Assembly: GCA_000165425.1 (NCBI GenBank)
Contig: CT868672.1
Span: forward strand, 240,048 to 304,047
DNA from: Paramecium tetraurelia
Taxonomy: Eukaryota
DNA length: 64,000 nucleotides
Direction: 5' to 3'
Every line of letters begins with the position of its first letter. Within the stretch, counting starts at the first letter, position 1. Position numbers and translations under genes: made by a program. Under the pieces are notes generated by a model that worked only from the letters and a program-made list of their open reading frames with translations, ran no database searches and was not told the DNA's origin. This document shows, one piece after another, positions 50,576 through 64,000 of the stretch.

Positions 50576-50628
50576 TTCTATAAATTAATATTTATTTAAT
50601 AAGAGAATTAACATAAATATTGTTCAAT

Positions 50629-53600
50629 TCAAATAAATTATTTTAAGAATTTCTTAGCTCCATCCAAAGAAGTCGGTATCTTTGGTTTTGGAGCAACACT
50701 CAATTTTTCTTCTTATGTGGTAATTTTTAACGAACCATAAGATGTAAGTTAAGTACTTTTTACAAACAAATCATTTTTGTTTCTGCTTGAAACGATCAAT
50801 TGACCTAATGTTTAACCTTGACTTTTTATAGTTTTAGGTGATGAACCTGTGATTGATGTATGAGTTTTGCCATTCTACAAACATTCGGTTTTTTATGAGT
50901 TAGAATAAGATTTTTTTTATTTTTATATCACTGATTAGGCATTGTAAATTAATTCAATGAGTTAGTTCTTTTCATCAGTAATTAGTTAGAGACCTGAGCT
51001 TCTTAAATTATTATTGGGAGAATTGATCTATGATTAATTTTACAATTCATAATGCTATTAATTTTCGAGATTTTGTTCTTGATTAGATATTGGTTACAAT
51101 TTGCCAAGGTGAAGATTTCTATAGTTTAAGAGTTAGTCTTATCTATTAAATTTAAATAGTTTCTCATTGCCTTTTCTGTCGCTGCATAATTAAACAAAAT
51201 GAGACTCCTCTCTTAATGATTTTACTCGATTTGATGCTCCTTTTAAATATTACCTCTTGTAGTTGGTTTTGGTTGGTGGCAATCTTAGAAAGTCCCTGTA
51301 GCTTGAGGTTCCAGTAGTGGAGGCAGTTCGAATTCCTCTTAATTCTTAGACTGAAACTGAGACTGTATTAAACATCTTTATTTTAATAATTAATATAATT
51401 TGGCACATTCATAATAAACATGATAATCATTCATGAGCTGAAAAGACTTAGAGTTTCTAATATTTCCTTTTTGGCTTCCTCCAAATCTATCTGAGCCTAT
51501 TCAAAATATAATGAAAAAGCCCCCAATAGCTTTGGATAGTCCTTGTGATAATCATGTGCTTTTTCTTTTAAGATTTCTATCCTTCTTTCATCCAATAGCT
51601 TTTCTCTCTCAAATTGATTCAAGGTCTAAAGAATCAGTTCTAGATCATAAATTGATTGTTGTTACCTTATTGCAATAATTTTGATATACTCTTTATACAT
51701 TCAACAAAATCTTCAATATTTTTGTTAAAAAGGTACAATTCAAAGACTCCTTTTATTCTTTATTCATTTCTTCTCTAATTAATCACAGATAACATATAAT
51801 CATCTATTTTCAGATGACCTTCTTTTTATAGTTTTTTAAGTAAATCTTCAAATTATTTTTTGATTTAATCCTGTTGACTTAATTTTTTGACAGCAGAAAT
51901 AAATCCATTTAAGTCTTAATCCTACTGATACTCTTAGAACAATTCAACAATTTTCATATCTCTTTATTCATTTGGCATATTCTCTAATCGATTCTTCTCT
52001 TCAGCTGAAAAATATTTCCTAATTTGCAATAAAATCTCTTTGGCAGTTAATTAGCTCTTTTTTGTTTCTATTATTGGTTATTAATCCTCATCTGCATTTG
52101 GTGAGTTGATCTATTTATAATAATTAATCTCTTACATTTGTGAATTTAGAGTATTATTTTATTATTATCTTTAAATTCTCTAACATATCTTCAGCATCTT
52201 GATTTTATAGATATGTTTCAAAGGTTCCTAGAACCTATAAATCATTATCCATAAACATTTTTAATAAGAAATTCTTTTCATGATCTTGAAGATGATTTTA
52301 TAATGTGAATTATCTCACTTAATTCATAAATAAGTTATACATCTTTATTTTTCTATAATCATCCTTTTTAATTTATTATTCTGATAATAATTTTCTAATG
52401 ATATAATCTAAAAATACATAAGTTTAGCTCTGGTGCCATTGATATTCCTAGAGGATTGCCAACCTTGAACAATTTCATATAATTATTAATTATGTTCTGA
52501 AAACAACAATTCAACCTGCCTAACTTTTGGTTCATCCAAATCCATATCCCAAAGCATATCTTTAAATATTTATTATAATTCCTTCTCTTCTTGAAGTGAA
52601 TAAAACTTGTCTATCTTTTCTAAATTAGCTTGCCTTTTTTCTTTTTTAGTTTACATAAAGATTTCTTCATTAAAAATAATATCTTCAGCTGATGGGCTAA
52701 TTCTCTTTTGAGCAGAGATTTGCTCAGATCTACTCATGAGATCGTTTTTTTAAAAGATTGGCTATTGAATTTCCTAAACAGGTTCTTAGTTTGGCTACTA
52801 ATTTTCAAAATGTTATTCCCTTTATTATTGAATAGGTTATGTTTAATGTAAATGTATGATTTAATTTTCATTTTATTTTTTATATTATTATTACTACTGT
52901 TATTACTATTACTATTATTATTATTATTATTACAATTATTATTATAATTGTGATTATTATTATTATTATAATTATTATTATAATTGTGATTATTACTATG
53001 GTTATTACTATTACTGTTGTTGTTATTACTATTATTATGTGGCTTAAGTCATCTCTTACAATTAGAAATTTGGCATTAAAACACTGTAAGGTGAAGGTGC
53101 TTTTGGATATTATTTAAATAATACGATTTCTTTTGACACTTATGTTTATTATTTTTCAGGTTGATTAAGATTTTGATTTTAGCTTTATACAGAATTGATG
53201 GCTTTTCTTAGATCATTTATGAATAATTCTACATTATTTTAGTATCTAAAGTGTTACAAAACAGCATAAATAGATCCAGAATGACTATTTCTATACTCAT
53301 GAATCATAGTAATTTCGGATAATTTGAAGTTTTACTGCAATAATTCATTAAATTTGGAATCTGAATAAATCTACAACGGTTTGAGAGAAGGCTATTCTCC
53401 TCCTCGTTGCATTTTGTTATATAAATCTGTACATAATTGCAATAACACTTGATCCTACTGATTCCACAACACATTGATCATTCCAAATTATTCAGAAGTG
53501 TAGCTGTAATTATTTCTTTCAATAACTTTGTTTTTTATATCTTCTAACCGTTATATCTATTGGTTTTGAGCAGAATCTTATTACATAGAACGATTTGACT

Positions 53601-54846
53601 CTTGTGAATTAACATTAAGTTGCTATTAAGGTTTAGTTTGACGCTTGCTTTGTTTGAGAGTTTAGAAAGGGGATGTTGGTCTCTCTTAATAAGTGCAATT
53701 CTCAACAATTTTATTCAATTTCTCACACAACTATTGAATGTTTATAGTGTTCTACAAATAAAATTGCAAGACTTGAATGATTTCTTTATTCTCCTCTATT
53801 AATAATCGCTTTACTAATCTTGCCATAGTGACATCTAATATTTCCTTTTCTTCTAAATCCCCTACTAAACCAAATAGCATATCTTATTAACTGATAATTG
53901 ATTCATTTTAATAAGCATTACTTTATTATTATTATGATTAATTTTATTGTTAATATCGATAATCTTCAAAGTTCTCACTGCCTCTCGAGGGAGCTCTTTG
54001 AATGAGTTTGGCTTAAACCCTGGTGATTAATTTTGAGGCTCCAACATTTTAATTCATATATAATGAATTGTTAGACATTTGGGATTCTTCCACCAGTTTA
54101 CGTATAGATTTGCTTCTTCTTTTATCAGGAGATTATTGAGATGAGATTTAAGATTGCTATTTAATATTTGAGGTTCTTGTGCTGGTGCCTTGTAACTTGG
54201 CTTAAACAAGTTTATGAATAATTTCATCCATTTATCTCATTTTTTTATCATTGTTCAATTAAATGGAAACAATCTTCTTAGATCCTTTGTAGATCCAGAG
54301 CAATTTGTTATAGAAATCGCTTTCCCTTACCTAATCTTGTAATCTATTGCTGAATGAATAGAAAAAGTTAACCCAATTGTTGAAATTGTTAATCAAGGGT
54401 TCGAGAGCACATAGAAAATCTAGCCCTTAATAATCCTTTTCATCAATTAAGTAAATGCAGGTGTATTGATCTCCACCCAGAATCTACTGGAATTCTTCTA
54501 AATCATAGATGAAATCAATAAATGAAAGCTTATTATTGTAATCTGACATCTGACTATATTTTAGAGATGTTTATAATAGTTTGTTATCATTTGAATTTTA
54601 ATTCTCTTCACTAACGATAGTGTACACATTGCACCTTGAGTAATACAACTATTATATAAATTATGATAATTCATAGAAGTTGCCTTGAAATTAACAATTA
54701 TTATTACCGTCTTAATCAATCAATCCTACTATTCTGTTTTTGATACCAAATAATTGAACCAAAAGTATCTGCAAGGATTGCACATTTACTCGTTTATCCA
54801 AATTTATTTGTTTAACCTTGTTCAAATATTTGAGGGTGAGTAACAT
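50629..54846 (-). CDS. Large (~1,380 aa) hypothetical protein with a poly-Gln tract
   Basis: MLLTLKYLNKVKQINLDKR...; long code-6 frame with few introns; poly-Q at about 52885-53038. Confidence 0.7.
52885..53038 (-). repeat. Trinucleotide (TAA/TAG/CAA) low-complexity repeat encoding about 50 codons of mostly Gln
   Basis: In frame within the 50629-54846 gene. Confidence 0.85.
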
Positions 54847-55393
54847 TAAATAATTAATATTGTTTTCAAATATAATAAATAATATAAATCATAAATATGA
54901 ATCTATTTCTTATGGTAAATGCCATAACATAATCATCTGTTTTTAAGAGATTCCAACTATTATTTATTAAGTTTAGATTAGTTTTGCTGATATTAATATT
55001 AATATTCAAATTCTAATATTTAATTAATGTTATCCTATCAATAAAATAAATAATCTAAAGTGCTTAACGAATGTTACATGATACTAGTAATACTATTTGA
55101 AGAAGAGTTTATAATTATAATTTATATTGTCATCGATTCTGTAAACTGTATAGAAAATAATTAATGATAGGTCCTTATAACAAATATATTCTGTTTATAA
55201 AATATTAGTTATTTGATGTGAGTACTAATTTAATAAGTATTTCAGGATTTGAAACGAAATTTTACTTAAACTTTCCAATTATAGATAATCATAATTTCAA
55301 TCTTTTTTGCATTCTTACTTCAACAAAGTATTAAAAACTGAGAATCAATTTAAATAATTAGCAGTATTATAATAAATATATCTAAATTAAATA

Positions 55394-57024
55394 TCAATGT
55401 GTTTGATTATTGTTTAGGAACATATTCGAATAAAATTTGGATTGAGATTACGAACTCCCGAAGGATGGTTATCTATTTTAATTGATGAAATTGGGTCTGA
55501 TTTAAGATTTCACATGTTAATCTTCCTCTTAATCTTGTTGTTCTTATTGTTATTTCTTAGCCTACCAATTATTTAATCTATTTGGATATAGATAGACTGT
55601 GTACCTTTCAACCATGACTTCTATATCCTTCTGATGCAATGGTGACTTAGCAGGTGAGTCAGGCTCGTTCATAGAGTTGCTCAATTATTCAGTCAAGTCT
55701 ACGTATTGATGTACGGGTATGGAAGCCTTGATTTGCTTTTGAAAAAAATAAGAATAAACAATTACATCATTTACAGCAATAGGTAATTAATCGGAATCTA
55801 AAAAATTGGGATTTGGAGTTTATTGATGTGATAATTCATATTTACTATCAGTGGCATTAGTTTTCGATTTGAATTAAGAAACTTCTAACTATTATTAGCG
55901 TTGATATTCTTAATACATGGAACTAGTCATGTTTTTAGTATAATAAGGTCCGAAATTGCTAGTGTTTCTTTTAGATTGTTCTAATAATAGAGAATGAAGA
56001 GTATACAAATAACATTTTCGCTGTTTTTTCTGACCTGATACAACCTGTCAAATACAGAAGAGTTATTCAATTCATGTGTTAATCTATTGGCATTGTTGAC
56101 AAGTTCTCTTGACTAAAAATAAATGAGGATTAAATACTTCATCATCATATATTTGTTGTCTTTTCATTTGTCTATTTAAATTCCATCGGAATAGATCATT
56201 TATAGATCTCTGTAGATTTGCAGATTATTTGTTAATCTGGAATAAATGGAGATAATACCTCCGGTTTGAATTGGTATGATTCAAGCTTAGGTTTCTCCTT
56301 GATTCTCTATTTGGAAGAGGGTCTGAAAGAGTTTTTGGCTAGGATTTAAATGCGCAGAAGCTCTTCATTAGTCAGCAATAATCCTTAGGAGGAGTACTTT
56401 TTCATAACAATATATAAATTTTATTTCTCATTATTAAAATGAGTTAAGATATATAAAATAAAATAAAGCCAGTTTCATTTGAGGTCATTCGATTATATCA
56501 AAGAATTCTTAGATTGTAGTTTGTCTTCTGAATCTTCTTTATGGTACTGAAAACCAGTCTTTACCATAAATTTTTTCAACATAATCAGTAAAGGTAATTA
56601 ATTAATATTGCTTATTTTCTTTATTTTATTTTAATTAAGTATTAACCGGAGAGTTGTTATTAAAGAATTCATCAACATCGTTTTTCACTTCGATTTTCAA
56701 AATAGGTTGAGATGAAAAGTTTTCGTTTCTTCTGAAGCGAAAAGTTTTATATTATTGTTGGGGTTCTTGGATATTATCCATGTTATCCATTTTAGATAAC
56801 ATTTTTTTGAGATTAAATTCCGATGGTCTTTGAGTTCTTAAGGTATTTTAATTTTCCATCAAATTGTCAATACTGTCTAATTTCATGGGTGAATAATTTA
56901 AAGAGACTTTAGACTTCGACTTATCAGGTGATTTCAATGGAGAGGAGAATAAAGTTTCTTGATCATAATCAGTATTGAATAAATTCCTAGTAATTGATGA
57001 GAGGTTTGTTTTCCTGTTGGTCAT
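55394..57024 (-). CDS. Hypothetical protein
   Basis: MTNRKTNLSSITRNLFNTDYDQETLFSSPLKSP...; frame open in code 6 with a tiny intron; 3' end approximate. Confidence 0.65.
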
Positions 57025-57776
57025 TTTAATTTTATAATTCCAAATTTTAATATTTATGATTAACATTCTAATTATGCTTATCTTATCAGGGATTTAATAT
57101 CAAATGTAATATTTACATTAAATTATAAACAAATATATTCAATCTATACATTCCCAACAACTAGATGACATTGATTCAACATCCACGATTTATTTATTGA
57201 TAAGAAACAGAGTAACTTATTATCAAATAGATATAGTATTATGTTTAAATCCTTATTTTCACATAAATATCTTTTGTTCATCTTATTGAATAAGAATAAA
57301 TTCGAACGATCTCAACTTCCATATTCTTGTATTCTTTAGTGGTCCTAGTTGTTTTCAAGCTCACAAACCGCATAAAACCTTTTTTATCTTGTTCTAAATA
57401 ACTGTTATTTTAGAATTCAAATTTATTTATCTCAAATCTTTACATAATTAAGTGTTAGCCCATTTTGCATATAGTAGATTATTACTTTCTAATTTAACAT
57501 ATTTTAAGTGAATTTATAAGTTGACATAAGATTCTCATTCTTGGGTGTTGTGGATTTTGAGTTTTTCTAAAGAGATGGTACTTTGAAAAAATGTTTGATA
57601 TATTTATACTTTGTAGTACGTAATAATTTACAATATTTTGGATATATTATTATTTCCATTTGATTTTTAGGATTATCGAATATAATTTATTTTATGATTA
57701 TTGTGGTCTAATTTAATTTAAAATCCTTTGAAATTTTGTAATATATAATAAAGAATGATTATCAACCAAATAATAA

Positions 57777-58832
57777 ATGAATCATTCAAAATCGGCAAAG
57801 GGTAAGTTCAACATTGAAGATTGTTCTGAATCTGAGTAGGAAGAAACATAAAGAAAATCTTTGAATGCTTAATCCTTATTTTAAACATCCCTCTTTGGTG
57901 GATTGGATTCTTCGGTTAAGCCATTTAAAAAGAAACCAATAGTGAAAAAATCTATGACAGAGTTCCTAAACAATTATGATTAAAATTTTGATGATGTATT
58001 TGGAAGTATGAAAATGCCAATCGATGTCAGTCTTGATCAATCAGAAAACAAAAAAAGTGCTCACAACAATAATAACAATAACAATAATAATAATAATGGT
58101 AATAATAATAATAATGGATAAAAAAGCAACAAAAAGTAGACAAAAAAGAGACCTATAGAAACAGTAAATTCAGAATCAGAATCTAATTCAGAAATTTAGA
58201 CTACAATAAAAAAATAATCAAAACCAAACAGAAATGGAAAGAAGAAGTAATCTAAAAGAATAGTGGATTCAGAATCAGATGAAAACAAAGAATAAGTTGA
58301 AAAGGTTGAAAACAAAATCCCTAAAAAAAGCTAACCAAAAAAATAGACCAAAATCAATAGTAAATAATCATCGGAAGAATAATCTAGTGAAAATAAAAAG
58401 TATAATCCTAATTCAGTTGATCTACCACAAAATAGCAAAAAGGATAAGAAAGGTTAAAAATTGAAAACAGCAATCTTTAATTTTGGTACAGAGGAACCAG
58501 AAAGATAAGCATCTTCAAATAAGAAAAATAAAAAGGATACTCCTAAAAGATAGACTCCTAAAACAAGAAGCAAGAAATAGGTCGAATAGGATGATGATTC
58601 TAAGGATGACAAGATTGAATAATTAATTAAAGAATATCAAAAAGAAGAATAAGAATTAAAAAAGAATATCACAAATAAAAAGGATAAGGGAACAAAAGAC
58701 AATGGAACAAAGGAAAAAGTGGATAATAAGGATAAAAACAATATTTTAAATGGTATTAAAAAAAGTTATCTGACCTCAGAATGCAGTCCAAAAACAAAAT
58801 CAGATGAGGAGGATGATATTGATGATTCATGA
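57777..58832 (+). CDS. Low-complexity K/E/N/Q/S-rich protein
   Basis: MNHSKSAKGKFNIEDCSESE...poly-Asn...SDEEDDIDDS*. Confidence 0.7.
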
Positions 58833-58856
58833 AATAATATATTATGTTCGAATTTA

Positions 58857-59453
58857 TCATTTTTATTATAAATGATGATGCCATTTAGTTTTCTCTGATA
58901 ATATTCCTGGATTTGTAATATTTCCCTACTTTCCAAAATTTCCATAGACATTATGAGCAGTGCTTAAGAAATGTCTTTTTACATTGAAACTAAAAGTCTT
59001 TATTATTAATTTACTGTCTATCTCCTAATTCGATTTGAGAGGCATTTTTAGTTAAAATTGGAGCATCTGGTTCAGGCAATCTGGATCTAAATGATCCTGT
59101 ATTGTAGGGCTCTAATAGTTTATTAGTAGATCCAACATGCAAATTGGGTCTCACTTTATAATCATCCCTGTTCTATTACGATATTTAAATACGCATAAGA
59201 CGAAGTTGTATATGTAGATTTAATTTCATGTTCAGCTGGAGTTTTATTGGCGATCTCATAAAAGGGAACCAGCCTAGAGACATTCAAAATTGACATCTTA
59301 CTTCGTGGATTGCCTTATTTCATTCTTACATAAGAGCATGAACTAAACTCTAGTGCTTTTGAAAAACGCAGCTGATTTATCTAACTTTAGAGATGGGTGT
59401 AAGACCATCCTGCCACTTTAAATCGATTGTTTAGTTTCGGACGGTTGTTACAT
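58857..59453 (-). CDS. Small protein, possibly an axonemal microtubule-inner-protein type
   Basis: C-terminal part DYKVRPNLHVG...EPYNTGSFRSRLP...NASQIELGDR...TNPGILSEKTKWHHH; 5' exon structure uncertain. Confidence 0.55.
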
Positions 59454-59483
59454 TCTTATTATTTATATTATTTATTTTATTTA

Positions 59484-60473
59484 ATGAGATCTAATCATTA
59501 ATACAATTATAATTATAAATTAGACTAAATATTTTCGAGAGAGAAGTAACTATTCATAGTAAATAGGTCATATGATCTCCATTTGAAGAAGTTGAATGAA
59601 ATCAAAAGCAAAAAAACATAATCCTAATAGAGAGTATAGCATTTAGAAGTCCTGGAAAAAAGAAACAACCTACGATTACAAAGAAGACGTTTCGATTTAA
59701 ATGGTATGCTACCATCTGCTATTTCAATAGAATAATCAGAGCGTATAAACAAGGGCAATAGCTAGTTGTATTAAAAAATAACAGAAATCTGCAATAGACC
59801 CATGTAATAAGATTACTATAAATATGAAGATGAGTTACTACATCACCCTCACAATCTAAACCTAACCTTTCGTAAGAATCAAGCTTAACAAATACAAAAC
59901 GAAAATATTAAAATTGCTGATCGTCTAATGAAATAAGAACCAGTCCTGAAATTAGAGGAATTTTCACATTCTTATAAAGAGAACAAGAGGATGGTGATGA
60001 GATTACAAAGATATTAACAATGCTAAAACTACATGAATAACATCAGGTAAAATTATTAAAATTATAAATTAAGAAATAATATGACATTTTCTTACAGAGA
60101 TTCTACAAACAACAGTTCAATAATTTCAAAAAAGAAAGAAAAACAATAGTTATAATATTAGTTATAGCCAATCATTCATAAGTAATATTCTTAATGAAAA
60201 ATTTATAGTTTAAAAGCCAAATCTATTGAAAATACTGAAATAAATAAGTAAATTGAAACTAAAGATCATTTTTTATCATAAGAACTAGAAAAATTGAAAG
60301 ACTATTAAATTAAAGCATAGTTATCTGAAATTCAATAAGTAAATGAGGAATCTTAAATTGAAACCATTAGATAGGATGAAACTGTCGAACAACATATACA
60401 ATAATAAATTGAAAGAGAAGTCAAACTTTATCAAGAAGAGCAAAGTGATGATATTGAATAATAATTAAAATGA
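59484..60473 (+). CDS. CFAP97D/KIAA1430 (hemingway)-like ciliary protein
   Basis: YDLHLKKLNEIK and NLNLTFRKNQAQQIQNENIKIADRL motifs typical of the KIAA1430 domain. Confidence 0.65.
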
Positions 60474-60551
60474 CTTATTTTCCTTTTAACAGTGTTTTGA
60501 AAATAATATTAAAATTAAATTTATTTATAACTTATCCATTTTAACAGTCAT

Positions 60552-62400
60552 ATGAAAAATAAAGAATAAGTGCTTAAATAAGTCTATGAAAGTAATTTAC
60601 AATTTAAATTTAGACGATAATAAAGTATTTGGCAAAAAAAATAAGCCAAGAAACTAAGAACCTAATATGTTTGATATGATGAAATGGCCAGTCGAGTAGG
60701 ACGAACCATGGGATTTCAAGAAGAAAATATAAGTGGAAAGAGAACCTGAAACTAAAAAGTTAATAACAAGAATTAATCATGAGAATTCACCTTGGTTAAC
60801 TGAAAATAAAGATAATTTCAGAAAAATTGAAAAATTAAAAGTTGAAGATTCCCAAATCCTTGTGTAAAGTATATAAGCATTCTTACAATTATTTAGAATT
60901 GGATGAAAAAACTATTAAAAATATAGCAAAATCTTGTGATTGCCGTAATCCCTAATAATTACCTAATCCATAAATTTAATTATAGGAAGATTTAAATAAT
61001 CAGTATAAATTGCCTGTTTAATGGAATCCTAAATTACAATCAGCTTATCGAGATAATTACCTAGTCAAAGATATCAAAGATACAAATGAGCTAATGTATT
61101 AGTTAGAATAAAATAATAAAAATTTCAAAGGAGAATATAAGGTTTAGCATCCCTTTAGTGGATTCTATTATGAAGATTCTAAGAAAGATGAAGAAGAAGT
61201 GATCTCATCTGAAGAAGAGGATTTAGATAATGAAGAAGAAGATGATCAATAAAAAAAAATGAATACTAAATTCATTAAAAAGGCTAAGACTCTTGATCCC
61301 AATAATCCTGAAGATGCAGCAAAACTACAAAGGAGAAAAGACAGAATTAAGAAATTTCAAGGAGAAACCAGATGGATAGCGGATAGTGCTTTCACTACTT
61401 ATTTTGGTAAACCTGCTTGGGGTCCCTATGGATTCAACAATGTTAATCCATCTGTTGGAGGAATAGTGTATGGCTAACATATGCTTTCTCATAATGTCTA
61501 ACCACATAGGAATAAAAATGATCCATTTTATATCTAAACCTATTAGAATGCATTAAGAAAAGGAGCTACAGTAGCTAATGTTGAACCTGAACCTCCCAGA
61601 AATTGTAGAGAAGAAGACAGGTTGAATCCTGAATAAGTAGAAGCTTAAAAATAAAGAAATCAATTGACTCCGTAACCTTATTCAGAATTGAAAAAGAAAT
61701 TAGATTCAAAAGGAAAATAGACAGTTCCTGAATTTAATATTAAAAAGCCAGATTTAACCAATACTTTAAGATTTGCTTCCGAAGCAGGCAGCGTTTAAGG
61801 AGAATCTTAGATCTAAGATAAATCAGAAAAATAATAAAGAAAACAAAAAGGAGACAAAAGACCTTAATCAGTTATTGATAATCGTACATAGAAATCTTAA
61901 AAGGACAAAGATGATAATAAATCAAAGATTAGTAATGATTAGAAAACAAAGGAATCTAAAAAGAAATAGGACAAAAAAGTTTAAATTCAATCAGAATCCA
62001 AATTGCAAATAGATGATTAATTAGCTATTCCAGATAAGGCCAATAATAAATTCATTGAAGAATTGAAATAGAAAAAGGAGAAGGCAAACAGACTTACATG
62101 CAAAGTGAATGAAATTAATCCATCCTTATTGAAATCATCCCCCAAGTAAGAATAAAAGAAATAAATAACAAATGATCTGTAGGAAGTTAAATCCTTTGAT
62201 GATAAGTATCATTATTTGTTTATATTGTTAGAAACCCACCAGCCAACTATTTGTAATAATTGGATCCAATTGAACTTAATCCAAAGAATTACAAAGGAGT
62301 TCCTGCAGATTGGTTACATAGAATACCATTTGCAGGTAAAAAGTAGGAGATTGTGAAAAATGGATAATAAACTAGGGAGTGTTTCGATTATGGATTTTGA
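60552..62400 (+). CDS. Hypothetical protein
   Basis: Long code-6 frame with conserved-looking block WIADSAFTTYFGKPAWGPYGFNNVNPSVGGIVYG; TGA at 62398-62400. Confidence 0.75.
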
Positions 62401-62473
62401 TTCTAGATATATTATCTTTATTTTCTATATATATATAATACTAATTTAATATTAATTTATAAACAAAAATTAA

Positions 62474-64000
62474 TCAAAAAAATTAATAATAATTTGATAA
62501 AATTGATTAGATATCTTATTCCCATTGAGTTTTGTATTTATCTTTTCTGTGTTTATTCACAATATCCTCATCATAGATAAATGTTGATTAATAGAGTTCT
62601 TATATTATTTTGGATTCTTAAATTACCAAATGTTGAGTAGGCTATTATTATTATTATTGATTTGACGAGATAATTTAATGGTTTGGCTGTTGTTATATTT
62701 CAGTAGGTATTTATTCTTTTAGATCTTCTATTTAATCAAGAATATTTTGGACTTGATCAGATTCTTGATTATTTTCAATACTCATTTATGTTTGATTAGT
62801 AGGACAATTAGGTATTAGTTTCTATTCATTTTCAGAATTTTCAGTAACTTCTACCACACTGTTTCTTGAAATTGCTCTAGATTTTGATTTTGGTTCTTTT
62901 TATAGATCTAATGTAGTCTTTCGAGAAATGAGTTTAGATTGTCTTTTTTAAATTTCTTTTTTTAGAATGATAGCTTAATCTTCTTAGAATTACTGTTATT
63001 CTAATTTCTTAGGTGGAGTAGCTGGTAATTTTAATTTTTGTTCAAGAATTTATTATGCATTAAATTTATTATTTCTAGAAGTCATAGTAGATGGAGAGTC
63101 TGGAGTTTTAGGTGTAAGTGGACTATTAATTGACTTTATGCTGCTCTTCCTTCTATTCATTTGTGGTTATTGGGTAATCTCTTGTTAAACTTAAATTGGC
63201 TAAATTGAGTATTGTTTTGTTGTTCTTTTATTTAAATTAGTGGTTCTTCTTCTGGTAGTGCTATTGGCTGGTGAGCAATCAGTCATTTGATCTGTGAATT
63301 ACTCTATTTAATCTTGGGATTGCTCAAAGTCTTTTTCAGATATTTCATTAAAGTCAAGATTATTAAATTTTTCATCAGCTTCAGTTTGAAATACAATGGA
63401 GATATCCATTCCATCGAAAAGACTTTCACAATTGCGTTTAGTAGGTCTTTTATTTTCAAATAATTTTTTTAATTATTCAATTCGATCGACTAATTCAAAA
63501 TCCACTAATCATAGACGTATTATATATTACATTTGAATTGTTCATTAGTTGGATTAATATAAAACTCGTTATAATCTTGATTAACAAGTTTGAATTGCTT
63601 TTTTAATTAGACCAATTTAATATAGACATTCTTTTTATCTGATTATCTAACATAACCTTTATGAGATTTGAGTATGGCTTGTACTTGAGTGTAAATATCT
63701 TACATTTTTTCTTGGATGACTTTCTTCTATTCTATGTTTAGTGGTTCATTTTTATCTTCAGTCTTGAGTATTAATTTGGAACTTTTGGATTATTATTATT
63801 TATCTGACTATTTTTGAATATAGGGTTCAGTTTTTTTATATTGTTTTGAAGAGATGGATTCTTGTATTTTTTTTTTGGTTTTGCTTAGATTTTTGATTCT
63901 TTAAGTCAATTTTTCAATTTAATCACTAATTATATTTTTGCTATTTTCGTTTCTTTAAACACTTTTTTATTGTGCACTAAAGATTTCTTAGTCATTAAAC
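62474..64000 (-). CDS. Hypothetical Q/K/S/P-rich protein, 3' part (start lies beyond the right window edge)
   Basis: Open code-6 frame ending ...KYKTQWEQDIQSILSNYYQFF*; tiny intron near 63507-63530. Confidence 0.65.

Noticed and set aside
57100..57659. Possible small minus-strand gene
   Set aside because: No consistent spliced frame found; TGAs occur in all frames tried
62474..62860. Faint resemblance of the C-terminus to an INCENP IN-box
   Set aside because: Key IN-box motifs (PxWA, RTSS) are absent; similarity is too weak to call
1..64000. Standard-code ORF track suggesting a gene-poor or pseudogenised region
   Set aside because: TAA/TAG encode Gln here and tiny introns break the frames; most listed ORFs are exon fragments or antisense shadows (for example 41755/41759 opposite LSM14 and 11026/11047 over the tRNA)

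Overview
This is eukaryotic ciliate DNA, most consistent with a Paramecium (aurelia-type) macronuclear chromosome. It is very AT-rich and uses genetic code 6 (TAA/TAG = Gln, only TGA = stop). Introns are tiny GT-AG introns of about 20-32 nt, and genes are densely packed with spacers often of 20-100 bp. The supplied standard-code ORF track is therefore mostly fragments or shadow ORFs, and all gene models here were re-read by hand in code 6, so their ends are approximate. About 33 protein genes and one tRNA-Ala(AGC) were found. Recognisable genes include a PWWP protein, ARMC2, a giant (~2,750 aa) Cys-repeat secreted protein, a zf-4CXXC_R1 protein, an MFS transporter, a Tra2-like SR protein, prolidase, a P5B ATPase, a NOT-box protein, RPL7a, a TPR protein, an SCP/NIF phosphatase, EamA, CTU1, LSM14, a CDK10-like kinase, an R2R3 Myb, a UPRT-like protein, a Rab8-like GTPase and a CFAP97D-like protein. 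The top candidate for an undescribed system is the Tra2-like gene. It carries an anomalous 71-nt, internally G-free intron packed with UCAAC(A) motifs resembling the Tra/Tra2-bound dsx repeat, plus a hairpin-enclosed intron and a weak-donor intron that both share the UAUCAA motif. This suggests an autoregulatory intron-retention/NMD circuit. No mobile element, CRISPR array, telomere or rRNA was seen.
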